The notes below the pieces were generated by a model, which searched no databases, was not told the DNA's origin, and saw only the letters and a program-made list of their open reading frames with translations. Below are positions 47,228 to 61,500 of a stretch of 64,000 bases of DNA, piece after piece. Origin of the DNA: Eledone cirrhosa (Eukaryota); the NCBI GenBank assembly GCA_964016885.1, contig CAXHJY010001158.1:1-64000 (forward strand). The letters run 5' to 3'. The translations under genes were made by a program, and so were the position numbers. Position 1 is the first letter of the stretch. Every line of letters starts with the position of its first letter.

Positions 47228-49518
47228 ACCCCCTCTCTCTCTCTCTAGTAGTAGAGAGAGAGACAAAGAGAGAGAGAGAGATATAAACGTATAACCCTAA
47301 CCCATCTCTCTCTCTCTATTTCTCCCCCCCTCTCTCTCTCTCTAGTAGTAGAGAGAGAGAGACAAAGAGAGAGAGAGATATAAACGTATAACCCTAACCC
47401 AACCCTAACCTCTCTCTCTCTATTCCCCCCCTCTCTCTCTCTCTCTAGTAGTAGAGAGAGAGACAGAGAGAGAGAGAGAGATAGATATAAACGTATAACC
47501 CTAACCCAACCCTAACCCATCTCTCTCTCTCTCTCTCTCTCTCTTTGTTTTTAACATTGTTTTGTTTTTCTTTTCTTTTCTTATTCAGATGACAAACGGC
47601 AGAGGATACAACAGAAGAAAAGAACAAAGATAATTATTATTATTATTACTATTATTATTTGTTTTATTATAATCAAAATATGCTGTTAGTTAGATCTGCA
47701 TTGTGTACATTTTATATAATTTATGCCAGTTCCTTTTCTGCATATCGAACATGGCCATTTCCCTGACGGAATAGAGTTTTGTCCTCTTTCGTGACACAAA
47801 GTACAGCCAGCGGCATCATTGCGGACAGACTTAATCCCGAATTGCACTGACACACTGCCTCGCAATACGGAACACCGCACGTCTTTGATCTTCTTCCCGT
47901 CGATCAGCCTCCTTGCCATGCTAAGTACACCTGACGTCTAGCTTCTCTCTTAGCGGCGGCTTTATATTCTTCTCTACTCCCACTAATTTTCCAAGCATTC
48001 CATGCTAGCCTTTAGTCTCCAATGGCCCGATCTACCGTGCTGTCCCACCACCATGTCACTCTCTGTCTGGTTGGAACTCTGATCCAGCCACAAGTTTAAT
48101 CAGTAGCCTGCAATAAGTTGTCACATAAGAAAATCGAGTTCTCATGTATGTCATACGACTGTGAATCGTCTTCTTTTTCGTCATACACATATTGAAGGGC
48201 TTTCCTAAATTTCTATTTTAGTGAAATCTCTTTTAGCTTCCAGACCTTTCTTTTTTCCACATCTTCCTGTATGTCTCAATCATACCTGGAGCTGTCCAAC
48301 ATGACCATTGAAATCCCCTGCTAGCATAACGATGTCTCCGTCCTGTCATTGTGGCTGTTTGTAAAAATTGCTTGTAAATGAAGTCTTTCTTTTCTTTACC
48401 TAGCAGAAGCAATTAACACTAACCCAACTGTAACACTAACCCTAACACTAACTTATGCAGGCCTAGGTAAAGACAAGAAAGATAAAACAAGGAGTGATGC
48501 TTCTTGAATTTTGTGATGCAAGTGTTTTAACCATTTGCAAAACCAACTTCCACAAACCTGCCTCACTGCCGCCTAATAACCTACAAATCAGGCAAGCACA
48601 GAAGCCGGATTTCTCGGTAGTTAGGCAGCGAGACAGACAGATGGGGTGTGAAGTACCAGGGTGTGCCCCGGGGAGGAATGTTTCCCACAGCGTGGGTTGG
48701 TTGTTGGTGATGTCTCGGTTATCTTGAGACGGAGTGAGACGTGCAGGAATACTCTCACGGAATCGCCAAATGAGGTTTATTTTTCAACATAGTCCCTGGA
48801 ATGAAACAATGTGGTTATTAAGAAGAATTGAAATTAATGTAAGATTTCACAGATCTATGATCAATCCTTCACAGTCAGCTTACAAAGTTTTCAGCCAAAC
48901 CTTGTGTATTTCCAACATTTCAAACCCTATCTAGGACTACATTATCTAATGTACAGTACAGTAGTTAGTATTAGTGGCTATCAGACATAGTGTATCTAAA
49001 TGCAACATTTTTAACATTGTTTTTTTTTTCTTTTCTTTTCTTTTCTTATTCAGATGACAGACGGCAGAGGATACAATAGAAGAAAAGAACAATGATAATT
49101 ATTATTATTATTATTGTTGTTATTCCTTGAATCTCAGTCATTGATGTTGGTTAACTGGAAAGTCCGTTGGAATGAATATCAAGCCACTACCTGCAGCCTC
49201 AGATATTCAGGACGTATCGGAGGGTTCTTGCTGTTCCAAGCAAGCATGCCTTTTGAAGCGTTCCAAAAAGCGTGAAGGGGCCGATTTTCTTTAACCATCC
49301 CTGGAAACTTTTGGAGATGGACAAAAAACTGGAACACAATAGACCTGACCTGGTGGTTGTGGACAAAGAAAAAAGATCGTGTCTGATTGTGGATGTGGCC
49401 TGCCCGTTCAACACGAGAGTGCAAGAGAAGGAGAGGGAGAAAATTAACCGATACCAGGACCTAAAGTGGGAGGTGAAAAGGATTTGGAACTTCCATGAAG
49501 TCAAAGTGATCCCGATTG

Positions 49519-49559
<41 letters not shown>

Positions 49560-51071
49560 TATTATTTGTTTTATTATAATCAAAATATGCTGTTAGTTAG
49601 ATCTGCATTGTGTACATTTTATATAATTTATGCCAGTTCCTTTTCTACATATCGAACATGGCCATTTCCCTGACGGAATAGAGTTTTGTCCTCTTTTCTA
49701 CTCATCAACACTCATTCGTGACACAAAGTACAGCCAGCGGCATCATTGCGGACAGACTTAATCCTGATTTGCACTGACACACTGCCTCGCAATACGGAAC
49801 ACCGCACGTCTTTGATCTTCTTCCCGTCGATCAGCCTCCTTGCCATGCAAAGTACACCTGACGTCTAGCTTCTCTCTTAGCGGCGGCGGCTGTATATTCT
49901 TCTCTACTCCCACTAATTTTCCAAGCATTCCATGCTAGTCTTTAGTCTCCAATGGCCCGATCTACAGTTTCTGTCTCAACTCGTCTATGCTTGGTCGTTC
50001 CCGCACATTGACATTGCACATCCAACGGAGCATGCTTGCTTCATTTCTCTCCAGCCGTCGCATGTCCTCTGCAGTTGCTGCCCGTGTCTCACTACCATGC
50101 AGCATCGCGCATCTAAACCTGGCCCTTACCCTAACCCCAACCTCTTTGGTTTTCGTTTTCTCGACGGCTAGCCGCATTTCGTGATCCGCCTTTCGATTGC
50201 GCTTCCGTCGCGGCAAAAGAATTGCCTTTCCAGACCGCCGTCGCCCGACCGGACCCATGATAGAAGACGTTCGTTACCGTTGGAGCAACGCAAATTACTC
50301 CTCGGTTGACGCCAAAAACGAACGCCTTCCCGCCTCGCGCCGCCTTCTCCTCGCCGACCCTCGGCCTCGACGATTAGCCACTTTCCGTCACAGCAGTAGA
50401 TACGCGTCCGTCGTAATAGCCGTCATTTTAACGCAGGAGAAACGCCTAATTGCCCTGCACCGCGTTTGACGGCGATCTACGACGGCGACGATGCGCGCAC
50501 TCTTCCTTGCTGCGACGAAGGTTTCGGCTTTTCGTCGTGGACCCGGTCAGGTCATGCCGCTGACCTCGCGTTACGGCGACGCGAGAAGACGTTCGTTACC
50601 GCTGGAGCAACGCAAATTACTCCTCGGTTGACGCCAAAAACGAACGCCTCGCGCCGCCGCTTCCTCCTCGGCCTCGACGATTAGCCGCTTTCCGTCACAG
50701 CAGTAGATACGCGTCCATCGTAATAGCCGTCATTTTAACGCAGGAGAAACGCCTTGACGACGATATACGACGGGTCGACGACGCGCGCACTCTTTCTGCT
50801 GCGACGAAGGTTTTGGCTTTTCGTTGTGGACCCGGTCGGGTCATGCCTCTGACCTCGCGTTGCGTCGCCACCGCCGCGGCGGGCTTGGGTTTAGCCGTAG
50901 CTACCCTCGTTTTGCCAACGGCGACGCGAGAAGACGTTCGTTACCGCTGGAGCAACGCAAATTACTCTTCGGATGAGGCCAAAAACGAACGCTGAAGAGA
51001 TATTGTCCATGGATATCGGGAATTTTACCCGCCCTAGATAGATAGATAGATAGGGATGTATGTATGTATGT

Positions 51072-51111
<40 letters not shown>

Positions 51112-51490
51112 GTATGTATCTTTCTCATTCTCTCTGTATGTATGTATGTATGTATATATATATAATTATATATTTATAGACATCCTGAAAGCTTTTTAAA
51201 TGTCTGAGAGATTGGCTAAATATGTTTTGCAGGTATGACCAGTAAGAGAGAGGTAAGTTATTTCAAAACAATTCTTTGACCATTATTTTAAGGTACTATC
51301 TCAGTGTATTTTTAAATTGACCTCTTGATAGGATGAAATGACCTGTATAATTTTTTTCATATTTAGATGGAATAGAAGAAAAACAAGAAAAATGAAATGA
51401 ATTCAAACAGAAAATATACACCAATGCCAATGGAGGTATGATTTCAGTTTAATCTTAACCTAATGACCACTTTACAGAGTGTACTGGATA

Positions 51491-51561
<71 letters not shown>

Positions 51562-54500
51562 AGGAAGCTCCAACCGTTAAGGTTGTCTTTCCATTTATTA
51601 ATATATTGTGTATTTACTCCACTAAACTGTTGAGTGCTTTATATCAGTTATAAAAAAATTTCAGCTTGTTGAATCCCAAAATAGTTGTTGAAACAGCCAC
51701 AGCTCAGCCGTCGGGGTCCTGAATATTTATCATATATATATACGTATGAGTGTGTGTGTTTTGAGAATTAATAATTATATAAACAAGTTTGTAATGAACA
51801 ATTTATTTCTTATCAAAACTGTATAAACATGATATTATTTACAGTAAGAATAACAATAATAATGATGGTTTCTAGTAAAGGTGGAAGGCCAGTAATTTGG
51901 GGGAGGGGAAAGTTGATTAAATCGAAGAGAGAAAGAAAGAAAAAACAGAACGGGAAGGAGAGGGGATGGCAAGAGGTCCGGTGTCGCAGGAGAGAGGGGA
52001 GGGTGGTTGAGCTTTGAGTCTAGGGCAAGAGGGCAGAAATGCTGCGCCCCACGGATAAGACGGCAAAAATATTCTCGCGGACGATGGCCAGAGATACCCA
52101 ATGCAACAACCACCCAACCTCGCGGTGTTCCCTCCTCAGATGGGCTGCTGACTCTCCGATCTTTTGGAGGAGCTCGGCAGTACAAGGTCCAAGTACTCCT
52201 GGGGTCTCGACGTTGACTGGTGCAGAGAGGAAGTGGCCGGACAATCCTCGGTATTTGTTTATTTTACGTTCTTCTGCGAGGTGGGCTGCGATGCCGGGGT
52301 TTGTGACCGAAACGACTTGGAAACGAAGTTGTAGGCGGAGATTGTGTCGTAGCTGGTGGTGTCCCAGATGAGGGACCTACGTCCTTCGAATGGGAAGAGA
52401 GTGATTCCGTCGGGGCGCTTGCCATCTCCGGGACCTGTTGGCCCCAGTTGTGATGGGAAGCCAGCTGCGTCCAGGCTTCTTCTCAATATGTCGTTGACAA
52501 CGACGTGTATCTATTCAATAATTATTTGAATATTGAAATTTTAGGTTTAACTACCTTTTAAACCAAATACATTAAGAAAGGCATGACCAACACCACATCA
52601 TTTTTATTTCTATTTTGAAAGTAGGTTTATAAGTATTAAATTTCAGTAGATTCTTATATCCTTCATGGTGGTCTGGTGGGAGATACGAGAGATGGTGGAG
52701 GTTCTGGTCTGGGGTTCAATCCTGCTCAGGAGATACTCTAAGGGGGTTCATACTAAACTTCTTCAGTGTTTCTTATCTCTAGAGACAAATATATATACAT
52801 AAGGTAATCTGGTAAAGTTGTTAGAACATCACATAGAATTCTTTGTAGTATTTTTTCCAGTTCTTCAATCTGAGTTCAACTTTACTTTTCTTCCATTCGG
52901 GGTTGATAATAACGTACCAGTCAAATACTAGGGGTTAATTCTTCCTCTATATCTCTTTCTCACTCTCTGTCTGTTTTATTAAGACCTGGAGAGGTGATGT
53001 ACTCTACCAGGTTTTATAATGAGTGATGGGGTCATACCTGCCTGCTACACCTCTGTGTACTAAGTGTAGCATATTATATCCTTGTTCAGGGCCTTCCTGA
53101 CATTACTGTGTACTAAGGGTAGCATTTTATATCCTTGTTCAGGGCCATCTTAACATTGCTGTGTACTAAGTGTAGCATATTATATCCTTGTTCGGGGCCT
53201 TCCTGACATTAGTGTGTACTGAGTGTAGATTTTAACATCCTTGTTCTGGGCCTTCCTAACATTACTGTGTACTGAGTGTAGATTTTAACATCTTTGTTCA
53301 GAGCCTTCCTTACATTACTGTGTACTAAGTGTAGCATTTCATATACTTGTTCTGGGCCTTCCTAACGTTACTGTGGAAATAGTAGTTTATATCCAATATG
53401 TAATATAGATATGGATTCTACAGGACTAAAACTCATTAATATGAGGGGTATTAGTAGATTATATGCCATATTTAATAGAGAAATGGCTTCTACAAGACTA
53501 AAACTCATTAATATGAGGGGTATTACAGTTTATATGCCATATTTAATACAGAAATGGCTTCTAAAGGACTAGAACTCTTTAAATTGAATAAAATAGTAGT
53601 ATATATCCTATGTTTAATACAGAAATGCCTTCTAAAGGACTCATTAATATGAGGGTATTAGTAGATTATATAACATATTTAATACAGAAATGGCTTTTAA
53701 ATTCAGGGACTCGTTAATTTGATGGAAATAGTAGTGTCTATGCAATATTTAATACAGAAATAGCTTCTACAGGACTAAAACTAATTAATATGAGGGGTAT
53801 TAGTAGTATATGTGCCATATTTAATACAGAGATGGCTTCTAAATGGAGGTATCTCATTAATTCGATTGAAATGGTAGTGTATATGCAATATTTAATACAG
53901 AAATAGCTTCTACAAGAATAAAACTCATTAATATGAAGGTTATTATTACATTATATGCCATATTTAATACAGAAATCGGTTCTAAAGGACTAGAACTCTT
54001 TAATTCAAATCAAATAGTAGTATAAAGCAATATTTACTACAGAAATGGCTTCTACAAGACTAAAAATCCTTAATATGAGGGGTATTGTTAGATTATATAC
54101 CATATTTAATACAGAAATGGCTTCTAAATGAAGAAATCTCTTTAATTCGATAGTAATAGTAATAATAATAATAGTAATAGTAATAATACAGCCAATTTTC
54201 CACGCAATACTTTTAGTTAGCACCCCGAACGCATAATTGGGAATATAATCACTTATTTCCTAATGTTTGTTGAGTGAGTTGGGAAAAAAAACTTGGGAAA
54301 TATATTTTCAGGGTCTCAAAATCTTAAAGAGAAAAAAAAGTCCTGTGGAAGGTAGCAAAACAATTAGGAAGAAAATGGTTTGAAGTTGGTTGGTGAGTAT
54401 AAGATTACAGTATCTTGTTGATTTCTATAAAGTTTACTTTTAACTGAATTGGTAAAAATGGATAAATTAGAAGACACAATATAATAACTAATATTGTCTT

Positions 54501-54807
54501 CTAAAACAGGGAATAAAAATATGTTGGTGTATTGGGGGGGGGGGGGGGTAAACATGTGAGTTAATGGGAATGTTTTTGTTTGTTTTTATTGAAACATATT
54601 CAATCTACAGATAGGTTGTTATAGTTATTTAGTCTCGGGTCTGCCATTATCTGCAGATTTATAATTGAGGGGTGTTCCAGGTGTGACCACCCTACATTAT
54701 TCCTAGAGATTGTTACTCCTTCATTCTTCAGTCATCTTGGTCTTCTTATGAGATGGTGGTGTAGTCTTATTTATTGTTAAGGTTATGGTCTTCCTTTGTC
54801 CACACTC

Positions 54808-54845
<38 letters not shown>

Positions 54846-56400
54846 AAAGGCTTCCTTCTCTGGAAAAAGATGATTTAATATTCACAACCATCTGTCTAAT
54901 TGTTTTCTGATGAGAATAAAGTTAATCTTGCTTGTATGTCTACCTGATCAAATGACTGGCTGATATCTTGAAGTCATTTACACCACAGAACTGTAGGAGT
55001 CTTGATCCCTCAAGCCATACCTCTAGCCATCATGTACTCCAAAAGAGTCTCACCTTGGTGCTACTCAACATGTCCATTAAATTTAGCAGCAAGGATGCCC
55101 TCTTCTTAGTGAGAGACAACTACAAGAGAGGTTCTTAGAGAAGAATAAGCCACTATAGTTAACTTTTGTTGACATAGAGAACCCCGATCTGTCATCTGGT
55201 GGTCCTTAAGGAAACTAGGTGTAGGGGAATGGCTTGTGAGGACAGTGCAAGCTATGTACAAGGGTGCTGTCAGTAAAGTGAGAGGAGGAATTCCAGAAAC
55301 AAAGTAGGTGTACATCAGGGTTCGGTCCTCAGTCCGCTCTTGTTCATTATAGTCCTCCCTCCCTCCCTCCCTCCCTCCCTCCAAGCCATAACAGAGGAGG
55401 AGTAGTTTAAGACTGGATGCCCATGGGAACTTCTCTATGCTGACGATCTGGTTCTTATAGCAGAATCAGTAGAGGAGCTAGCTAGAGAATAAATTCTGGC
55501 TATGGAAACAGCAGTAGTTGGAATCAAGAAGACTGAGAGTGAACCTAGCTAAGACAAAAGTGTTTATAAGTAGAAGAGAGGACAAAACTCTGATTCTGTC
55601 AGGGAAATGGCCATGTTCGATATGTAGGAAAGGAGTTGGCATAAATTCTATGAAATGTAGTACGCAATGCAGATCTTGGCTACACAAGAGATGTAGTGGG
55701 ATAGCAGGAAAACTGACTGACAGGTAGGGAGAAATACGTATGCAGTAGATGTACAGGGAAATTTGACAGAGATTGCAGTGATAGACACATTTTTCAAATG
55801 CAGGTGGGATCTATAGAGGGAGTTGATAGCTTCTGATACCTAGGTGATCAGATTAGTAAGGGAGGAGGGTGATATAAAATATATTGTTATCATGACTGTC
55901 TTTATTATTTAAATTACCTCTGTCTATTTACAGATTTTACAGAGTGTACTGGGTGCTTTTATGATGGGAGCAGCAACTCTATACGATTTTACAGAGTGTA
56001 CTTGGTGCTTTTATCATGGCACATGGCAGCAGCAGCAGCAGCAACTACGATTTTACAGAGTGTACTTGGTGCTTTTTACTCTGACATCAGCACTGAGGAA
56101 GTTGTCATATTTTCAGCTAAATTAATGAGTAGAAAAACCAAGTTTCTGCTACAAAAAATTCTCAGATTCAAGGGAGACATTCAGTTTAAGTATGGTATAC
56201 TGTCACTAAGGCAGCAAATTGGCAGAGTCGCTAGAATATCAGATAGCATTCTTTACATTATTTGTTTCAGCTCTCTGTTCTCTCAATTCAAATCCTGCTC
56301 AGGTCAACTTTGCCTTTCATCCATACAAAATAGATTAATAAAAGTACCAGTGTATTACTGGGGTCAATTCTTCTTCTAACTCTTCTGCACTTCCATTCTC

Positions 56401-56441
<41 letters not shown>

Positions 56442-57000
56442 GCTTCTTTAGAACACATCTGCTGTATTCAGACCTGGAGCGGAGATGGGCTCCACCAAGT
56501 TTTAAAAATTGCCCTTTAAGCGCTGTATGTCAATATGGTGCCCCTATGATTCCCTCCCTCAGGAGTTATGGGACCATAGATACTGTCAATTGTAAAGAAT
56601 AACAGAGATATTCAGTGCTAGTGTGGTGTTCTGTCAGTTGTGGAGATTGATGAATCTAAACAGAAATATCAACAGCACTTTTCATTTCTGAGTAACACAT
56701 TTGTTACCAAGTGCTGCATGGCTGGAATGAAAATCAGTGCTGTGAAAACCAAGACATTCATCCTCTCAAGGAAGCTTGTGCAGTGCACTCTACATGTAAA
56801 TGGAGTCCCACTGAAGCAGGTAGAAAAGTTCATGTATCTCGAAGCTGTGTTCACGAGTGATGACAGAGACGGCAAAGGCACAACACACAACAGAAGAAAA
56901 GAACAATGACAATTATTATTATTATTATTATTATTATTTGTTTTATTAGTTTTATTATAATAAAAATTGTGCTGTTAGTTTGCTTGCTATACCATCATGT

Positions 57001-57088
57001 ACCCTAACCCTAAACCTAACCCCAACTCCAACTCTGACCCTAAACCTAACCCCAACCCCAACCCCAACCCTAACCCTAACCCTAACCC
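57001..57088 (+). repeat. Interstitial telomere-like tract (CCCTAA/CCCCAA)n, copy B (one hexamer shorter)
   Basis: Same tract as 23432-23525. Confidence 0.9.
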
Positions 57089-58020
57089 ACGATAGAAGAC
57101 GTTCGTTACCGCTGGAGCAACGCAAATTACTCCTCGGTTGACGCCAAAAACGAACGCCTTCTCGACGGCTAGCCGCATTTCGTGATCCGCCTTTCGATTG
57201 CGCTTCCGTCGCGGAAAAAGAATTGCCTTTATAGGCCGCCGCCGCCGCCCGACCGGACCCACGATAGAAGACGTTCGTTACCGCTGGAGCAACGCAAATT
57301 ACTCCTCGGTTGACGCCAAAAACGAACGCCTTCTCGACGGCTAGCCGCATTTCGTGATCCGCCTTTCGATTGCGCTTCCGTCGCGGAAAAAGAATTGCCT
57401 TTATAGGCCGCCGCCGCCGCCCGACCGGACCCACGATAGAAGACGTTCGTTACCGCTGGAGCAACGCAAATTACTCCTCGGTTGACGCCAAAAACGAACG
57501 CCTTCTCGACGGCTAGCCGCATTTCGTGATCCGCCTTTCGATTGCGCTTCCGTCGCGGAAAAAGAATTGCCTTTATAGGCCGCCGCCGCCGCCCGACCGG
57601 ACCCACGATAGAAGACGTTCGTTACCGCTGGAGCAACGCAAATTACTCCTCGGTTGACGCCAAAAACGAACGCCTTCTCGACGGCTAGCCGCATTTCGTG
57701 ATCCGCCTTTCGATTGCGCTTCCGTCGCGGAAAAAGAATTGCCTTTATAGGCCGCCGCCGCCGCCCGACCGGACCCACGATAGAAGACGTTCGTTACCGC
57801 TGGAGCAACGCAAATTACTCCTCGGTTGACGCCAAAAACGAACGCCTTCTCGACGGCTAGCCGCATTTCGTGATCCGCCTTTCGATTGCGCTTCCGTCGC
57901 GGAAAAAGAATTGCCTTTATAGGCCGCCGCCGCCGCCCGACCGGACCCACGATAGAAGACGTTCGTTACCGCTGGAGCAACGCAAATTACTCCTCGGTTG
58001 ACGCCAAAAACGAACGCCTT
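57086..58020 (+). repeat. 172-bp repeat, copy B (5 full + 1 partial)
   Basis: ORF ends at 57262, 57434, 57606, 57778, 57950. Confidence 0.85.
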
Positions 58021-58378
58021 CCGGTTCGGGCGACGTAAAAGTCTGTAGCCTTTTCGCCGATCCTCGACGATTATCCGCCTTCCGAACAACCGCCTTTCCG
58101 CCGTCACAGCAGTAGGTACTCGTCCGTCGTAATAGCCGTCATTTTAATGCAGGAGAAACGCCTAAATGCACTGCGATTGACGACGATCTACGACGCGCTT
58201 ACTCTTCCTTGCTGCGACGAAGGTTTCGTTCGGCTTTTCGTCGTGGACCCGGTCAGGTCATGCCGCTGATCTCGCGTTGCGTCGTTACCGCTGGAGCAAC
58301 GCAAATTACTCCTCGTTTAACGCCAACATCGAACGCGCTTCGGTTCTCGGTCGTCGTTGTTTTGTTTCGTGCGGAAGA

Positions 58379-58563
58379 TACCTGGGTGATCCTGCCAGTA
58401 GTCATATGCTTGTCTCAAAGCTTAAGCCATGCAAGTGGAAGTTCATGCCGTAAACGAAAATGGTGAAACCGCGAATGGCTCAGGAACCGGATCTAATCCT
58501 CGGGACCGTATTCCTCACCGCGAGGAGAGGATAACTGTGGCAATTCTAGAGCTAATACATGCA
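58379..58563 (+). pseudogene. 18S rRNA 5'-terminal fragment, copy B
   Basis: Same sequence as 24988-25172. Confidence 0.95.
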
Positions 58564-58568
58564 ATTGA

Positions 58569-61500
58569 GATCGGAGAGGGAGCGATCCGTCTGCTTGATT
58601 CCGATAACGAACGAGACATTCGTATCCGAAAGAACGTTTGTCTGGAAACTGGTGCAGTCAGTGAGTCGAAAAAAAAATATCTCGGTGGTAGTAGCAAATA
58701 TTCGAACGAGACATTCGTATGCGAAAGAACGTTTGTCGGTGGTAGTAGCAAATATTCGAACGAGACATTCGTATGCGAAAGAACGTTTGTCTGGAAGTGG
58801 CGATCCATGCCCGGTGGATAGTTGGTTCCGGGTTTTACTATGATTGTTGCAAAACAGAAACTTAAAGGGATTGACAGAATTTGCGATTCCGGAGAGAGGG
58901 CGATCCGTCTGCTTGATTCCGATAACGAACGAGACATTCGTATCCGAAAGAACGTTTGTCTGGAAACTGGTGAGTCAGTGAGTCGAAAAAAAAATATCTC
59001 GGTGGTAGTAGCAAATATTCGTATGCGAAAGAAAAGATCTCGGTGGTAGTAGCAAATATTCGAACGAGACATTCGTAGGCGAAAGAAAAATATCTCGGTG
59101 GTAGTAGCAAATATTCGAACGAGACATTCGTATGCGAAAGAACGTTTGTCGGTGGTAGTAGCAAATATTCGAACGAGACATTCGTATGCGAAAGAACGTT
59201 TGTCGGTGGTAGTAGCAAATATTCGAACGAGACATTCGTATGCGAAAGAACGTTTGTCTGGAAGTGGCGATCCATGCCCGGTGGATAGTTGGTTCCGGGT
59301 TTTACTATGATTGTTGCAAAACAAAAACTTAAAGGGATTGACAGAATTTGCGATTCCGGAGAGAGGGCGATCCGTCTGCTTGATTCCGATAACGAACGAG
59401 ACATTCGTATCCGAAAGAACGTTTGTCTGGAAACTGGTGAGTCAGTGAGTCGAAAAAAAAATATCTCGGTGGTAGTAGCAAATATTCGAACGAGACATTC
59501 GTATGCGAAAGAACGTTTGTCTGGAAGTGGCGATCCATGCCCGGTGGATAGTTGGTTCCGGGTTTTACTATGATTGTTGCAAAACAGAAACTTAAAGGGA
59601 TTGACAGAATTTGCGATTACGGAGAGGGGGCGATCCGTCTGCTTGATTCCGATAACGAACGAGACATTCGTATCCGAAAGAACGTTTGTCTGGAAACTGG
59701 TGAGTCAGTGAGTCGAAAAAAAAATATCTCGGTGGTAGTGGCAAATATTCGAACGAGACATTCGTATGCGAAAGAACTTTTGTCGGTGGTAGTAGCAAAT
59801 ATTCGAACGAGACATTCGTATGCGAAAGAACGTTTGTCTGGAAGTGGCGATCCATGCCCGGTGGATAGTTGGTTCCGGGTTTTACTATGATTGTTGCAAA
59901 ACAGAAACTTAAAGGGATTGACAGAATTTGCGATTACGGAGAGGGGGCGATCCGTCTGCTTGATTCCGATAACGAACGAGACATTCGTATCCGAAAGAAC
60001 GTTTGTCTGGAAACTGGTGAGTCAGTGAGTCGAAAAAAAAATATCTCGGTGGTAGTAGCAAATATTCGAACGAGACATTCGTATGCGAAAGAACGTTTGT
60101 CGGTGGTAGTAGCAAATATTCGAACGAGACATTCGTATGCGAAAGAACGTTTGTCTGGAAGTGGCGATCCATGCCCGGTGGATAGTTGGTTCCGGGTTTT
60201 ACTATGATTGTTGCAAAACAGAAACTTAAAGGGATTGACAGAATTTGCGATTACGGAGAGGGGGCGATCCGTCTGCTTGATTCCGATAACGAACGAGACA
60301 TTCGTATCCGAAAGAACGTTTGTCTGGAAACTGGTGAGTCAGTGAGTCGAAAAAAAAAATATCTCGGTGGTAGTAGCAAATATTCGAACGAGACATTCGT
60401 ATGCGAAAGAACGTTTGTCGGTGGTAGTAGCAAATATTCGAACGAGACATTCGTATGCGAAAGAACGTTTGTCTGGAAGTGGCGATCCATGCCCGGTGGA
60501 TAGTTGGTTCCGGGTTTTACTATGATTGTTGCAAAACAGAAACTTAAAGGGATTGACAGAATTTGCGATTCCGGAGAGAGGGCGATCCGTCTGCTTGATT
60601 CCGATAACGAACGAGACATTCGTATCCGAGAGAACGTTTGTCTGGAAACTGGTGAGTCAGTGAGTCGAAAAAAAAATATCTCGGTGGTAGTAGCAAATAT
60701 TCGAACGAGACATTCGTATGCGAAAGAAAAATATCTCGGTGGTAGTAGCAAATATTCGAACGAGACATTCGTATGCGAAAGAACGTTTGTCTGGAAGTGG
60801 CGATCCATGCCCGGTGGATAGTTGGTTCCGGGTTTTACTATGATTGTTGCAAAACAGAAACTTAAAGGGATTGACAAAATTTGCCATTCCGGAGAGGGGG
60901 CGATCCGTCTGCTTGATTCCGATAACGAACGAGACATTCGTATCCGAAAGAACGTTTGTCTGGAAACTGGTGAGTCAGTGAGTCGAAAAAAAAATATCTC
61001 GGTGGTAGTAGCAAATATTCGAACGAGACATTCGTATGCGAAAGAACGTTTGTCGGTGGTAGTAGCAAATATTCGAACGAGACATTCGTATGCGAAAGAA
61101 CGTTTGTCTGGAAGTGGCGATCCATGCCCGGTGGATAGTTGGTTCCGGGTTTTACTATGATTGTTGCAAAACAGAAACTTAAAGGGATTGACAGAATTTG
61201 CGATTCCGGAGAGAGGGCGATCCGTCTGCTTGATTCCGATAACGAACGAGACATTCGTATCCGAGAGAACGTTTGTCTGGAAACTGGTGAGTCAGTGAGT
61301 CGAAAAAAAAATATCTCGGTGGTAGTAGCAAATATTCGAACGAGACATTCGTATGCGAAAGAAAAATATCTCGGTGGTAGTAGCAAATATTCGAACGAGA
61401 CATTCGTATGCGAAAGAACGTTTGTCTGGAAGTGGCGATCCATGCCCGGTGGATAGTTGGTTCCGGGTTTTACTATGATTGTTGCAAAACAGAAACTTAA